From the NCBI GenBank assembly GCA_965213925.1, contig OZ243927.1:2688001-2752000 (forward strand): a stretch of 64,000 nucleotides of DNA, in the 5' to 3' direction. The notes under the pieces are model-generated. The model did not search any database. It worked only from the letters and a program-made list of their open reading frames with translations, and was not told the origin of the DNA. This document shows positions 1-9,119 of this stretch, one piece after another; within the stretch, counting starts at the first letter, position 1; each line of letters starts with the position of its first letter. The translations under genes were made by a program, and so were the position numbers. The DNA comes from Trueperaceae bacterium. Its GTDB lineage: Bacteria > Deinococcota > Deinococci > Deinococcales > Trueperaceae.

Positions 1-1
1 T

Positions 2-1996
2 ATCTACTATGAGGTTCACGGCGCAGGCGAACCGACGCTCCTGCTCATTCCCACCTACCAGATCGTGCATAGTCACATCTATAAGATGCAAGTCCCCTTT
101 CTGGCGGACCATTACCGCGTCATCACCTACGACAGCCGGGGCAGCGGCCTGTCCGATAGACCCCAAACGGATTACGGTATGGACGCGCTGGTGGACGACG
201 CACTTGCGGTTCTTGCGGAGGTAGGGGTAGACACCTTTGGAACAGTCTCCCTCTCCGCATCATCGCAGACGGCCCTTTTTTTGACTGCCCGCTGCGAGGC
301 GCGCGTTCTCGGTATGGTCATCATCGGCGGCTGGGCGGGCCGCGACAGCACGCCCGACGCGCGAGCAGCCTGGGAGGCGCGCAAGGCGCTGATGCTCTCC
401 GATTACGACACCTTTGTCGAGGGGTTCTTTGAGGGTGTCTTTTCCGAGCCGCACTCGAGCAAAGCCCGCGACGACGGTTGGGACTGGGCGCACGGGACCG
501 ACCCCAAAACGCTCGTCGCGACCAGCGAATACGGCTGGCTGCACTGCGACGGGCGCGAGGTCATCGACAAGGTGACCTGTCCGGTGCTCGTCATTCACGG
601 TAAAGACGATGGACGCATCCCCTTCAAAATGGGCGAGGACCTTCACGCACGCTTGCCAAACTCCCGGCTGGTCGCCTTCGAGGGCGGCGGTCACGGCCCC
701 CAAGCCCGCGACCCGGTCAAGGTCAATCACCTTATCAGAGATTTCTTCGGCGTCAAGAAACCTCGGGCGAGCGTGTTTCACCGGGCCCTGACGCGACCTA
801 AACGGGCGCTTTTTGTCTCAAGCCCCATCGGTCTCGGACACGTCCAGCGTGACTTGGCTATCGTTCGGGAACTCAGAAGCCTCGTCCCCGACCTGGAGGT
901 TCACTGGTGGGCGCAGCACCCGGTAACGCGCGTACTGGAGGAAGCAGGCGAATTCGTCCACCCCGCGAGCGCTGCCATGGCTTCGGAGTCGCAGCATTGG
1001 GAGGAAGAGGCGTCGGGTCACGAACTCCACGCCTTTTACGCCTTTAGGCGCATGGACGAGATTCTCCTTGCCAACTTTATGCGCTTTCACGAACTGGTCC
1101 GCAACGAACCCTATGACCTGTGGATAGGTGATGAGTCGTGGGAGGTCGACTACTATCTGCACGAAAACCCCGAACTCAAAACCGCCCCTTACATCTTTTT
1201 GACCGATGTGATAGGTTTTTTGCCGGTCGATGAGGGCGACGCCAGAGAGTGTGAGCTCACCGCCGACTACAACGCCGAAATGCTCGAACAGCGTGCGCGG
1301 TTTCCTTACCTGCGCGACCTCTCGCTCTACATTGGTGATTACGAGGATCTGCCTGACAGGGCGTTCGGTTCCGGTCTGCCGAAGATTCAGGATTGGGCCA
1401 GGGCGTGGTTCGAGCCGGTCGGCTACATCGCACCGTTCGACCCGGACTTATACCGAGATACCTCCGCGCTCAAGAAGCGGTTGGGGTACGAGAGCGAAGG
1501 GCCGCTGCTCTTCGCCGCCGTTGGTGGCACAGCTATCGGGCGCTCGCTTCTCCGAAAGACTACGGAAGCGTTCGCCCTCGTGCGGCAGCGTCGCTCCGAC
1601 GCCCATATGGTGATAGTCACTGGGCCGCGCATTGACCCGGCTTCCTTACCCGATGTAGAGGGTTTGGACAAACGCCCTTATGTTCATAATCTTTTCGAAC
1701 ATCTCGCCTGCGCCGACGCCGCCGTAGTGCAGGGGGGCTTGAGTACCACGATGGAACTTGTCGCTACCAAACGGCCCTTTATCTACTTCCCGCTCCGCAA
1801 CCATTGGGAACAGATGCACCACGTGACCTACCGTTTAGACCGCTACGGCGCGGGTATCCGCCTGGACTACGCCGCGACCTCCCCCGAAAGGTTGGCCGGG
1901 GCGCTCGATGAGGCGCTTGAGCACCCCGTGAACTACCGCAACATCGTTCCAGGTGCTGCTCGCCGCGCCGCCGAGCGCATCGCCAGCCTGCTTTGA
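2..1996 (+). CDS. Alpha/beta-hydrolase fused to a GT-B glycosyltransferase (GT28 C-terminal-like); 5' truncated at window edge
   Basis: Frame is open from base 2 (IYYEVHGAGEPTLLLIPT...). Hydrolase motifs YDSRGSGLSDRP, LVIHGKDD and GGGHGP are followed by GT-B motifs SSPIGLGHVQRD and AVVQGGLSTTME. Confidence 0.85.
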   Translation: MYYEVHGAGEPTLLLIPTYQIVHSHIYKMQVPFLADHYRVITYDSRGSGLSDRPQTDYGMDALVDDALAVLAEVGVDTFGTVSLSASSQTALFLTARCEARVLGMVIIGGWAGRDSTPDARAAWEARKALMLSDYDTFVEGFFEGVFSEPHSSKARDDGWDWAHGTDPKTLVATSEYGWLHCDGREVIDKVTCPVLVIHGKDDGRIPFKMGEDLHARLPNSRLVAFEGGGHGPQARDPVKVNHLIRDFFGVKKPRASVFHRALTRPKRALFVSSPIGLGHVQRDLAIVRELRSLVPDLEVHWWAQHPVTRVLEEAGEFVHPASAAMASESQHWEEEASGHELHAFYAFRRMDEILLANFMRFHELVRNEPYDLWIGDESWEVDYYLHENPELKTAPYIFLTDVIGFLPVDEGDARECELTADYNAEMLEQRARFPYLRDLSLYIGDYEDLPDRAFGSGLPKIQDWARAWFEPVGYIAPFDPDLYRDTSALKKRLGYESEGPLLFAAVGGTAIGRSLLRKTTEAFALVRQRRSDAHMVIVTGPRIDPASLPDVEGLDKRPYVHNLFEHLACADAAVVQGGLSTTMELVATKRPFIYFPLRNHWEQMHHVTYRLDRYGAGIRLDYAATSPERLAGALDEALEHPVNYRNIVPGAARRAAERIASLL

Positions 1997-2247
1997 GAGA
2001 TAGAACCTCCGCTGTTTCGGACCAACCTGCAGGCTCGAGAAAGGAACTTTCACGGCTCATCAACTAAAGGACTATCTGTAATACGAAAAGCGCAGCTAGC
2101 TAAATTTCGCAGCTATCCCGTAGCGTGACCACTTTTGAGGTCGCTAGCGCCGCTAGGTCAAGCGGAGCATTCGTACAACAAAGTCACCAATCGGATCAAA
2201 CTCAGCAAAATTTTAGGTTGCTTTTTTGGGCAAAGCTCGCATAAGTC

Positions 2248-2279
2248 TTCTGCAACTGACGCGCGCGACTGCCGCACAA
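2248..2279. repeat. dif-like site 1: TTCTGCAACTGA-CGCGCGCG-ACTGCCGCACAA
   Basis: Member of a 30-32 bp arm/core/arm family seen at most module boundaries between 2 and 24 kb. Confidence 0.75.
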
Positions 2280-2338
2280 CGGCCCAGGCGGAGCAGGGTC
2301 ATGCGACACACTTCGCGGCTTAAATTCAAGGCTCAGGT

Positions 2339-4048
2339 TTAGGTGTCGAAGCGCACGGTGATCTCGGCTGGTTCAGGTCTCTTTGCAACTTCAAACCGGA
2401 GAGACGGCTGCTCGTTTAAGCCCATCTTCAGCGTCAGCTCCGACACCTTGGCGAGTTGTTCGACGGTGGGCGAAGGCTCCTTGACGGGTGCTTGGTCAAT
2501 CCACAAGGCGTACTCGCCCTGCGACACCTCGGACACCCAGGGGAAGATGTGCGGCACCTTTTTTGCCTCTCTTGTCAGCGCGCTCATGACGCGGTGCCAC
2601 TTGGCTTCGCCGGGCGAACTCACCTCAGCCCACACGAGTTCGCCTGGCGTCGCGCTCTGCGCGCCGAGCTTGAAGGGAACGCGGAAGCGGTAATAATCCT
2701 CCTTGCTAGCGGCTTCATCTCCCTTCGCGGGATAGCGTACGCTCAACTGGCCCTTAGGCGTTTTGAGGGTCGTTTTCAAGCTGGTGATCGCGTTGCCCCT
2801 GATCTTGCGCGCCCGCTCGCTCAGGACCGACATGAGACCGGTGTAGAGGGAGAGGTCAAGTTGGGGCGTCTCTAAACCGTAGGGTGTGTAGCGGTGGACG
2901 GTGGCGTAGTGGCGACGCCAACTCGCTTTTACTTTGAGCTTATTCAGGTACGCCGCATCCTCCGGGGCAAGCGCGTCTAGGGGACTCAGCGAGAGACCTT
3001 CTGCACCGCCGGTAGCCAAGAGTGACTTAGGAACATGAGGCTCAGGGGAACTCGCCGCTTCCAACATGTCCATTATCGTCTCGGGGTTATTTGTCGTCTT
3101 ACAGACCTCGAGCCAGTTCCGAAAAACCGCTAAGCCGTACTCCTCCTCAGCCTGACCCATCACGTTGGCGTAGCGCCAAGGTCCGTCATCTAACCTGAAG
3201 GCGATGAACTTGTAGCCATCGATGACCTCCCAAGGTCGTGCCTGGAAAAAGCTTGCAGCAGCTTTGAAAAACGCCTTGACCTCGGGCTCGAGGTAGTGGA
3301 CGAAGTAGCTCGGCGTCGGCTCGGGGGTGAGGGCTTGTTCAAGCGCCTCTAATGCCTCGTTCGCGGCGTTGACGTCGCCTACTGCAACGCTTATACCTAA
3401 CGTCTCGAGGTCTGTCAGCGCATTCCTCATCGAGGGATCAGCTACGCGCAAGGTGTGAGGACGGGCGCTCGGTAGCCCTTGAGGAGGTTGGGCACAGGCG
3501 CTCGTAACGAGTTCGGTGAGTTCGGCACGACCCAGAGGCTCTGAATGGATGAGAAAGCTCCGGATTAATCCCTGAGAGGTCGCGACCAGCCCGAGGTGTC
3601 CGAGCGCAGGCTTTTCCTTGTCATCAAGAAAGTAGGTCGCAGCAGCTTGTGTCACGAGCCACGTCTCTTCGACTTGCGGCAGTCCCCTAATTTCCTCGAG
3701 GCTCAGTTCTTGTGGCTCATACTGCGCCATCGCGTCGCGGTGAAGCGCCCAAGGGATCGCGCCGAGACCTTCGCCCATCCACAGGGCGGTATCGACAGGT
3801 ACGCTGTCGACGCTAAAGCGTTTGACCTCGAGGAGATTGAGCGCGACCTCCTCGAGCGCCTCCTCGGTAGTGACAAGGTCAGCCAGCCACAGGTTGTCGG
3901 TGGCACAGTATCCCATCGTCAGCTCTAAAGCGAGCACTTGGTCTTCAAGATGGAGTCCGAGTGTAGCCTGGCGGAACTCAAAAGAACGCCCGCATTCCGG
4001 GCACACTGGCAGAGGGAAACGTGCCCAGAGCAAGCGGTCGGTCGGCAT
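2339..4048 (-). CDS. Conserved hypothetical protein (N-terminal CPEC zinc-ribbon-like motif; DUF6930/DUF7309-like core)
   Basis: Long ORF with the segment FFKAAASFFQARPW...VMGQAEEEYGLAVF. Start re-placed to ATG 4048, which has TACAAT 6 nt upstream (leaderless). Confidence 0.65.
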   Translation of the reverse strand: MPTDRLLWARFPLPVCPECGRSFEFRQATLGLHLEDQVLALELTMGYCATDNLWLADLVTTEEALEEVALNLLEVKRFSVDSVPVDTALWMGEGLGAIPWALHRDAMAQYEPQELSLEEIRGLPQVEETWLVTQAAATYFLDDKEKPALGHLGLVATSQGLIRSFLIHSEPLGRAELTELVTSACAQPPQGLPSARPHTLRVADPSMRNALTDLETLGISVAVGDVNAANEALEALEQALTPEPTPSYFVHYLEPEVKAFFKAAASFFQARPWEVIDGYKFIAFRLDDGPWRYANVMGQAEEEYGLAVFRNWLEVCKTTNNPETIMDMLEAASSPEPHVPKSLLATGGAEGLSLSPLDALAPEDAAYLNKLKVKASWRRHYATVHRYTPYGLETPQLDLSLYTGLMSVLSERARKIRGNAITSLKTTLKTPKGQLSVRYPAKGDEAASKEDYYRFRVPFKLGAQSATPGELVWAEVSSPGEAKWHRVMSALTREAKKVPHIFPWVSEVSQGEYALWIDQAPVKEPSPTVEQLAKVSELTLKMGLNEQPSLRFEVAKRPEPAEITVRFDT

Positions 4049-4107
4049 AGCTGCATTGTACGCCATGAGACCGTGCGCAGCGATTAGACGAGGTGCCGAG
4101 CAGGGGC

Positions 4108-4137
4108 TTCTGCTCCTAAAGCGCGCAACTCGCACCG
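4108..4137. repeat. Degenerate dif-like site 2: TTCTGCTCCTAA-AGCGCG-CAACTCGCACCG
   Basis: Partial match to the arm/core/arm family, located between two genes. Confidence 0.45.
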
Positions 4138-4158
4138 AAGCCTTACAAAGTCTTCGGC

Positions 4159-4680
4159 TCAAGCCTCTTCCGGCTCGGTGACGTTCGCCAACCATGCCTT
4201 GGCGCTGCCCTCTGCGCCTCCCACCACCGACAAGCTGCCGTCCGTCTCGAGCACCACCGCCCCGACCTGCTCGAGCGATTTTTGCCCACTTGCTCGGACT
4301 GCTGCTCGAATTTCTTCTTTGGTGACACGTGTACGCTTTAGGCTCGACTCTAGGAAACGCTGCTTGTGATAAAGCAGCGTCGGCTCTCCCTTAACGAGCC
4401 CCTGGAAGCGTTTTGAACGTACCGACAGGTAGGTAATGATGAACTGGCCAAAGATGAGCACAGCTAACGCCGCGACGCTCTCGGCGAGTGCCACATCCTT
4501 ACTCAAGAGCGTACTCGCCAGCACCGATCCTAGAGCGACCGTGACGATGAAGTCGAAGGCGTTGAGCTTCGAGAGCGTCCTTTTGCCCGACACTCGCAGC
4601 ATCAGTAGGAGAGTGAGGTAGGCGAGCGGGCCGACCAGCAGCACGCGCCCTATGTCCGCCCAGGAGCTAAAGAAAATCAT
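4159..4680 (-). CDS. DUF421/YetF family membrane protein
   Basis: Motifs LRVSGKRTLSKLNAFDFIVTVALGS and VVLETDGSLSVV; TACACT 6 nt upstream of ATG. Confidence 0.9.
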   Translation of the reverse strand: MIFFSSWADIGRVLLVGPLAYLTLLLMLRVSGKRTLSKLNAFDFIVTVALGSVLASTLLSKDVALAESVAALAVLIFGQFIITYLSVRSKRFQGLVKGEPTLLYHKQRFLESSLKRTRVTKEEIRAAVRASGQKSLEQVGAVVLETDGSLSVVGGAEGSAKAWLANVTEPEEA

Positions 4681-4782
4681 TTGACCAGTGTAACAGCCTT
4701 GTACCGGCAGAGCTTTTGCTTTATTTGGTGCTACACGGCTTAATATATAGCAAGGAAATCAAGTTGCAAGTTGAGGAGCGGT

Positions 4783-4814
4783 ATCTGCAATTAACGCATG
4801 CGTCAGCTGCCAAA
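4783..4814. repeat. dif-like site 3: ATCTGCAATTAA-CGCATGCG-TCAGCTGCCAAA
   Basis: Arm/core/arm family; both arms are X type. Confidence 0.7.
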
Positions 4815-4912
4815 AGGCTCCCAGCCCCTCTCCTCACAGCTCAGGTCACGCTGTGCGCTATAGTGCGGCGAATAGGCGTACAACGACTCGTACATGATTC
4901 CGGAGGGAAGCC

Positions 4913-5887
4913 ATGAAAGCGGTGGTGTACACAGACTACGGACCCCCCGAAGTGCTCCGGCTCGAGGAGGTAGAAAAACCCGCCCCTAAAGACGACGAAG
5001 TTCTGGTCAAGGTTCACGCGGCGGCTGCGAATCCGCTCGACTGGCACTTCATGAGGGGTACGCCGCTCCCGTTCCGCCTTGTTTTTGGATTCCGCAGACC
5101 GAAGAACACGTTTCTCGGGGCGGACATCGCGGGGCACGTCGAAGCGGTTGGCAGCGGGGCGACACAGTTTCAGCCCGGTGATGAGGTGTTCGGTGACGTG
5201 AGCGGCAGCGGGTTGGGCGGCTTTGCCGAGTACGTCTGTGCCCGCGAAGAGACCTTAGCCCTGAAGCCGAGTACCTTATCCTTTGAAGAGGCGGCGGCGG
5301 TCCCAGTGGCAGCTATCACCGCGCTACAGGGGCTTCGCGACAAGGGACAGATTCGGTCCGGGCAGCAGGTGCTGGTCAACGGCGCCTCGGGCGGGGTGGG
5401 CACCTTTGTGGTGCAGCTCGCCAAACATTTCGGGGCCGAGGTCACCGGCGTGTGCAGCACGCGGAATCTGGAGCTGGTGCGCTCCATCGGGGCGGACAGA
5501 GTAGTCGACTACACGAGAGAGGACTTCACCAAAAGCGGGCAGCCGTACGACCTGATCCTCGACGCGGTGGGGAACTGTTCGGTCTCGGACTACGAGCGTG
5601 CCTTAGGTCCCCAAGGAAGATGTGTCATCGTCGGCTTTACCACCCTAACTCATCTGCTCCAGGTTGCCTTGTTGGGGGCGTGGGTATCTAGGAGGGGGCG
5701 GAAGAAGATCGGTGTTATGGGAGCGGCGAAACCGAACCAGACGGACCTGGTTTTCATCAAAGAACTTCTCGAGGTCGGCAAAGTCGCCCCCGTCATAGAC
5801 AGGACCTACCCGTTAAGTGAGACGGCTGAAGCTATCAGATATCTCGAAAAAGGGCACGCTCGGGGAAAAGTTGTCATCGACATCTGA
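4913..5887 (+). CDS. NAD(P)-dependent MDR oxidoreductase (zeta-crystallin/quinone oxidoreductase-like)
   Basis: Motifs AAANPLD, LVNGASGGVG and GHARGKVV; RBS GGAGGG. Confidence 0.92.
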   Translation: MKAVVYTDYGPPEVLRLEEVEKPAPKDDEVLVKVHAAAANPLDWHFMRGTPLPFRLVFGFRRPKNTFLGADIAGHVEAVGSGATQFQPGDEVFGDVSGSGLGGFAEYVCAREETLALKPSTLSFEEAAAVPVAAITALQGLRDKGQIRSGQQVLVNGASGGVGTFVVQLAKHFGAEVTGVCSTRNLELVRSIGADRVVDYTREDFTKSGQPYDLILDAVGNCSVSDYERALGPQGRCVIVGFTTLTHLLQVALLGAWVSRRGRKKIGVMGAAKPNQTDLVFIKELLEVGKVAPVIDRTYPLSETAEAIRYLEKGHARGKVVIDI

Positions 5888-5915
5888 CCCTCTCAGCGCT
5901 CCTGAACTCGGACCG

Positions 5916-5947
5916 TTGTGCGTGAGACGCGCGCGTTAGTTGCGCAA
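5916..5947. repeat. dif-like site 4: TTGTGCGTGAGA-CGCGCGCG-TTAGTTGCGCAA
   Basis: Arm/core/arm family; left boundary of the glycan locus. Confidence 0.8.
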
Positions 5948-5980
5948 AAGCCGAGCTTTACTGGACTACAACCAAACAGC

Positions 5981-6931
5981 TTAGGCATGGCGCAACCTCA
6001 GAACGATGTCCTGAGGGTAATTTCCGAAAGCGCGTCCAAAGAGGTTAAGGCCGCCGATAAAACGTGCGTCCGCCTCCACGCCGATACGAACTGAAATATA
6101 GTCGTGTGCGCCTATATTGAGATCGTCGAGGGTGACGCTCGAGACTTTGAGCCCGTCAACTAGGCTGTAATCACGGTTGACCTGCCAGACCTTAAGGAGT
6201 CCATACTGTGAGTTTCGGCTCTCCCACCATGAAGGGGTAAGCTTCCCCCGCTGCCCCCCGAAGTCCGCCGGGCTCGTCCAGGTTCCCACTTTAACGCCGC
6301 CTATCCACACGGAGATATCCGAGGGCCAATCATCGTGGTGCATAGGGGCTTCTGAGCAGACCTCAAAGCTCAGACTCAGGCTCTCTAACGTCGCTTTCGG
6401 CGGTAAGCGGTTGGGGAAGCGGTACTCGACATAACCTTGGTGAAACCATAGAAGCTGCGCTTGGGCGCGGCCCGTTTCATAGAACGAGGCGGGATCATCG
6501 AGCAGCCCGATGAGACCTGTTTGGCTCGCCAAGCCGCAGGTCGGGGTGACTTGACAGTCAACGAAAGCGCCAACCGGAGTCGAGAGTTCGGTAAAGTCGT
6601 CCTCTTGCCCCTTAACTTTGGGAAATTGGAGTAGCAGCGTGTCATAAGCTCTCGTACAGACCTTCTGCGAGCCGCGTGTCGCAGGTCTATGTTCGGTGAG
6701 GAGCAGCCCCGCCTCCTCCAAAACAGTGATATGCATGTTGGCTGTCGAGATGGGCAGCTCCAACGCCTGCGCGATCTCGCTGACGTTGAGCAGTTGATCA
6801 CCTAACAGGTGGAGGATGCGCAAGCGCGTCTCTGACGCTACCGCTTTGAGCGTACGGTAGGTCTCGCTATCTTCCGGGTCGCCCTGCAAGGAGAGGCCGC
6901 GTGGGTAGAGTTCGGGTTCGGCTAGGACCAT
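5981..6931 (-). CDS. ArsR-type HTH transcriptional regulator with C-terminal sensor domain (COG4189-like)
   Basis: HTH LKAVASETRLRILHLL...LEEAGLL; C-terminal motifs WPSDI, WTSPADFGG and SQYGLLK; divergent from the glycan operon. Confidence 0.88.
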   Translation of the reverse strand: MVLAEPELYPRGLSLQGDPEDSETYRTLKAVASETRLRILHLLGDQLLNVSEIAQALELPISTANMHITVLEEAGLLLTEHRPATRGSQKVCTRAYDTLLLQFPKVKGQEDDFTELSTPVGAFVDCQVTPTCGLASQTGLIGLLDDPASFYETGRAQAQLLWFHQGYVEYRFPNRLPPKATLESLSLSFEVCSEAPMHHDDWPSDISVWIGGVKVGTWTSPADFGGQRGKLTPSWWESRNSQYGLLKVWQVNRDYSLVDGLKVSSVTLDDLNIGAHDYISVRIGVEADARFIGGLNLFGRAFGNYPQDIVLRLRHA

Positions 6932-7256
6932 GCTGTTTACCTCGTTATCTTTTAGAAAAAGCTCGATAACCCCACCCTTTTCTTACAGCTCAATATAACA
7001 TAAAAGAGGTGTTGATTCGTCTCCCGTTTGCCACCTCAGCTTGTGACCGTTGATCGAACTTAGACTAAACAGTTGAGTTGGAGACTAGCAAGGCATATCT
7101 ATAACGGTTTTATCGCTACCGAAAATAGAAGAAGATGTTACGCCGTTGTACCCTCCACGAGAAAAGACAGGTTGAAGTCGAAGTGACGCTGTTATATGGT
7201 CAACCTTGTAATAAAACACATTTACAAGAAACATAGCTGCTGAGAGGAGTGATACC

Positions 7257-9053
7257 TTGGCTACTTTAGACCGAGTTCTCGAGCAAAACGAAGAGGAGCA
7301 GGTGAGCGCGTTTAGCTACCCCAGGCCCCGATTCGTTCGCAACCTGTGGAGACCGCTAGACGGTGAATGGTCATTTTCAACGAGCCAGGTTCAAACGAGC
7401 GCTGAGGTGAGTTGGCAGGGGTCAATCAGGGTGCCTTATCCACCCGAGGCGGCGCTTTCAGGCGTGAACGACCAGACGTTTCACCCGGTGGTCTGGTACC
7501 GGCGCAGCTTTACGGTTCCCAATGACTGGCGCGATAAGCGGATCATCCTCCACTTCGGCGCGGTGGACTACAGCGCGCAGGTGTGGGTCAACGGTCAGCT
7601 CGTTATGAGCCACGAAGGGGGGCACACGCCCTTCTCCACCGACGTCACCGATGTGTTGAGGGAAGGTGAGCAAGAGGTCGTTGCGAGGGCTGAGGACGAC
7701 CCTTCGGAGATGAGCAAGCCGCGCGGCAAGCAGGACTGGCAGAGGGACCCTCACCGGATATGGTATACACGCACCACCGGCATCTGGCAGAGCGTGTGGC
7801 TCGAGCCCGTTACACCTGCCTACCTCTTAAGCGCCCGCTTCACCCCGGACCTGGCGAGCTACGCCGTACTGAGCGAGATCAGTGTAGTCGGGGACGCCTC
7901 AGATTTAAGCCTCGAGCTGGCCTTCAAGTTAGGCGATGAGCGACTCGCCGCCGACCGCTGGCAGCTCACCAGCAGCCATATCGCCCGTACAGTTCACTTA
8001 GGGGTCAGCGGCTTTGACGACCTGGAACGCTTTATCTGGAGCCCGGAACACCCTAACCTCATTGACATCACCCTCAAGCTCTACCAGGGGGAGACCCTGC
8101 TCGACGAGGTGAGGAGCTACACCGGTTTGCGCTCGGTTGAGGCGAGGGACGGCAAGTTCTTCCTTAACCACCGCCCCTACTTTTTGCGCCTGGCCCTCGA
8201 CCAGGGCTACTGGGATGAGGGTTTGCTGGCCGCGCCCAGCGGCGAAGCGCTCAAACGTGATGTCGAACTCGCCAAGGCGATGGGCTTTAACGGCGTGCGT
8301 AAGCACCAGAAGGTTGAGGACCCGCGCTACCTGTACTGGGCCGACAAACTGGGACTGCTCGTCTGGGAGGAGTTGCCGAGCGCCTACGCCTTCTCCCCTC
8401 GAGCGGTGCAGCGCCTGACGAGGGAGTGGCTCGAGGTGCTTGAGCGCGACGACAGCCACCCTTCGGTCGTCGCCTGGGTCTGCTTCAACGAGTCGTGGGG
8501 CGTGCCCGACTTGCCTCACTCGGCGGCGCAGCGTCACGCAGTGCAAGCGCTTTACCACCTAAGCAAAGCGCTCGACCCTCAGCGCCTGGTAGTAGGCAAC
8601 GACGGTTGGGAACACGTAGTCAGCGACCTCTTAACCGTGCACGACTACAGCCCGAAACCCGCTACCTTAGAGGAGCGTTACGGCGGCGCTGAGCGCAGCC
8701 GCCACACCAGCCGTCAAATCCTGGAGCACGGGCGAGCCGTGGTCTTGCCGGAGATGACTCAGAGCGACCAGCCCATCATCTTGTCTGAGTTTGGCGGTAT
8801 CCGCTACAACCCGGCTGCTGAAGGCTGGGGCTACCAGCAAGTGGAGAGTGACGAGGCGCTCCTCGAGCTCTACGCCGAGATGATCAGGTCCGTGTCAGGG
8901 ACAGGGCTAGCAGGTTTTTGCTACACCCAGTTCGCCGATACCTTTCAGGAGCAAAACGGCCTGCTTTATTCGGATCGCCGCCCTAAAGTAGCGCTGGAGC
9001 GCCTTTCTCAAGCCACCCGAAATCAGGCTGAAAGCCGAGAAGGGGGTGAATGA
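7257..9053 (+). CDS. Glycoside hydrolase family 2
   Basis: Motifs LHFGAVDY, HEGGHTPF, GIWQSVWLE, acid/base FNESWG and nucleophile LSEFGG; RBS GAGAGGAG before TTG. Confidence 0.92.
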   Translation: MATLDRVLEQNEEEQVSAFSYPRPRFVRNLWRPLDGEWSFSTSQVQTSAEVSWQGSIRVPYPPEAALSGVNDQTFHPVVWYRRSFTVPNDWRDKRIILHFGAVDYSAQVWVNGQLVMSHEGGHTPFSTDVTDVLREGEQEVVARAEDDPSEMSKPRGKQDWQRDPHRIWYTRTTGIWQSVWLEPVTPAYLLSARFTPDLASYAVLSEISVVGDASDLSLELAFKLGDERLAADRWQLTSSHIARTVHLGVSGFDDLERFIWSPEHPNLIDITLKLYQGETLLDEVRSYTGLRSVEARDGKFFLNHRPYFLRLALDQGYWDEGLLAAPSGEALKRDVELAKAMGFNGVRKHQKVEDPRYLYWADKLGLLVWEELPSAYAFSPRAVQRLTREWLEVLERDDSHPSVVAWVCFNESWGVPDLPHSAAQRHAVQALYHLSKALDPQRLVVGNDGWEHVVSDLLTVHDYSPKPATLEERYGGAERSRHTSRQILEHGRAVVLPEMTQSDQPIILSEFGGIRYNPAAEGWGYQQVESDEALLELYAEMIRSVSGTGLAGFCYTQFADTFQEQNGLLYSDRRPKVALERLSQATRNQAESREGGE

Positions 9054-9119
9054 GCTTCGCTTAGATGGGGTATTAAGATTTCGTTTATAGGAAAGCGGGG
9101 AATGGGGAATATCGTGGGG

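Noticed and set aside
4049..4195. N-terminal extensions of the ORFs at 4195, 21616, 49853 and 54907
   Set aside because: They are non-homologous Arg/Ser-rich leaders; better starts have an RBS or a leaderless -10 box.
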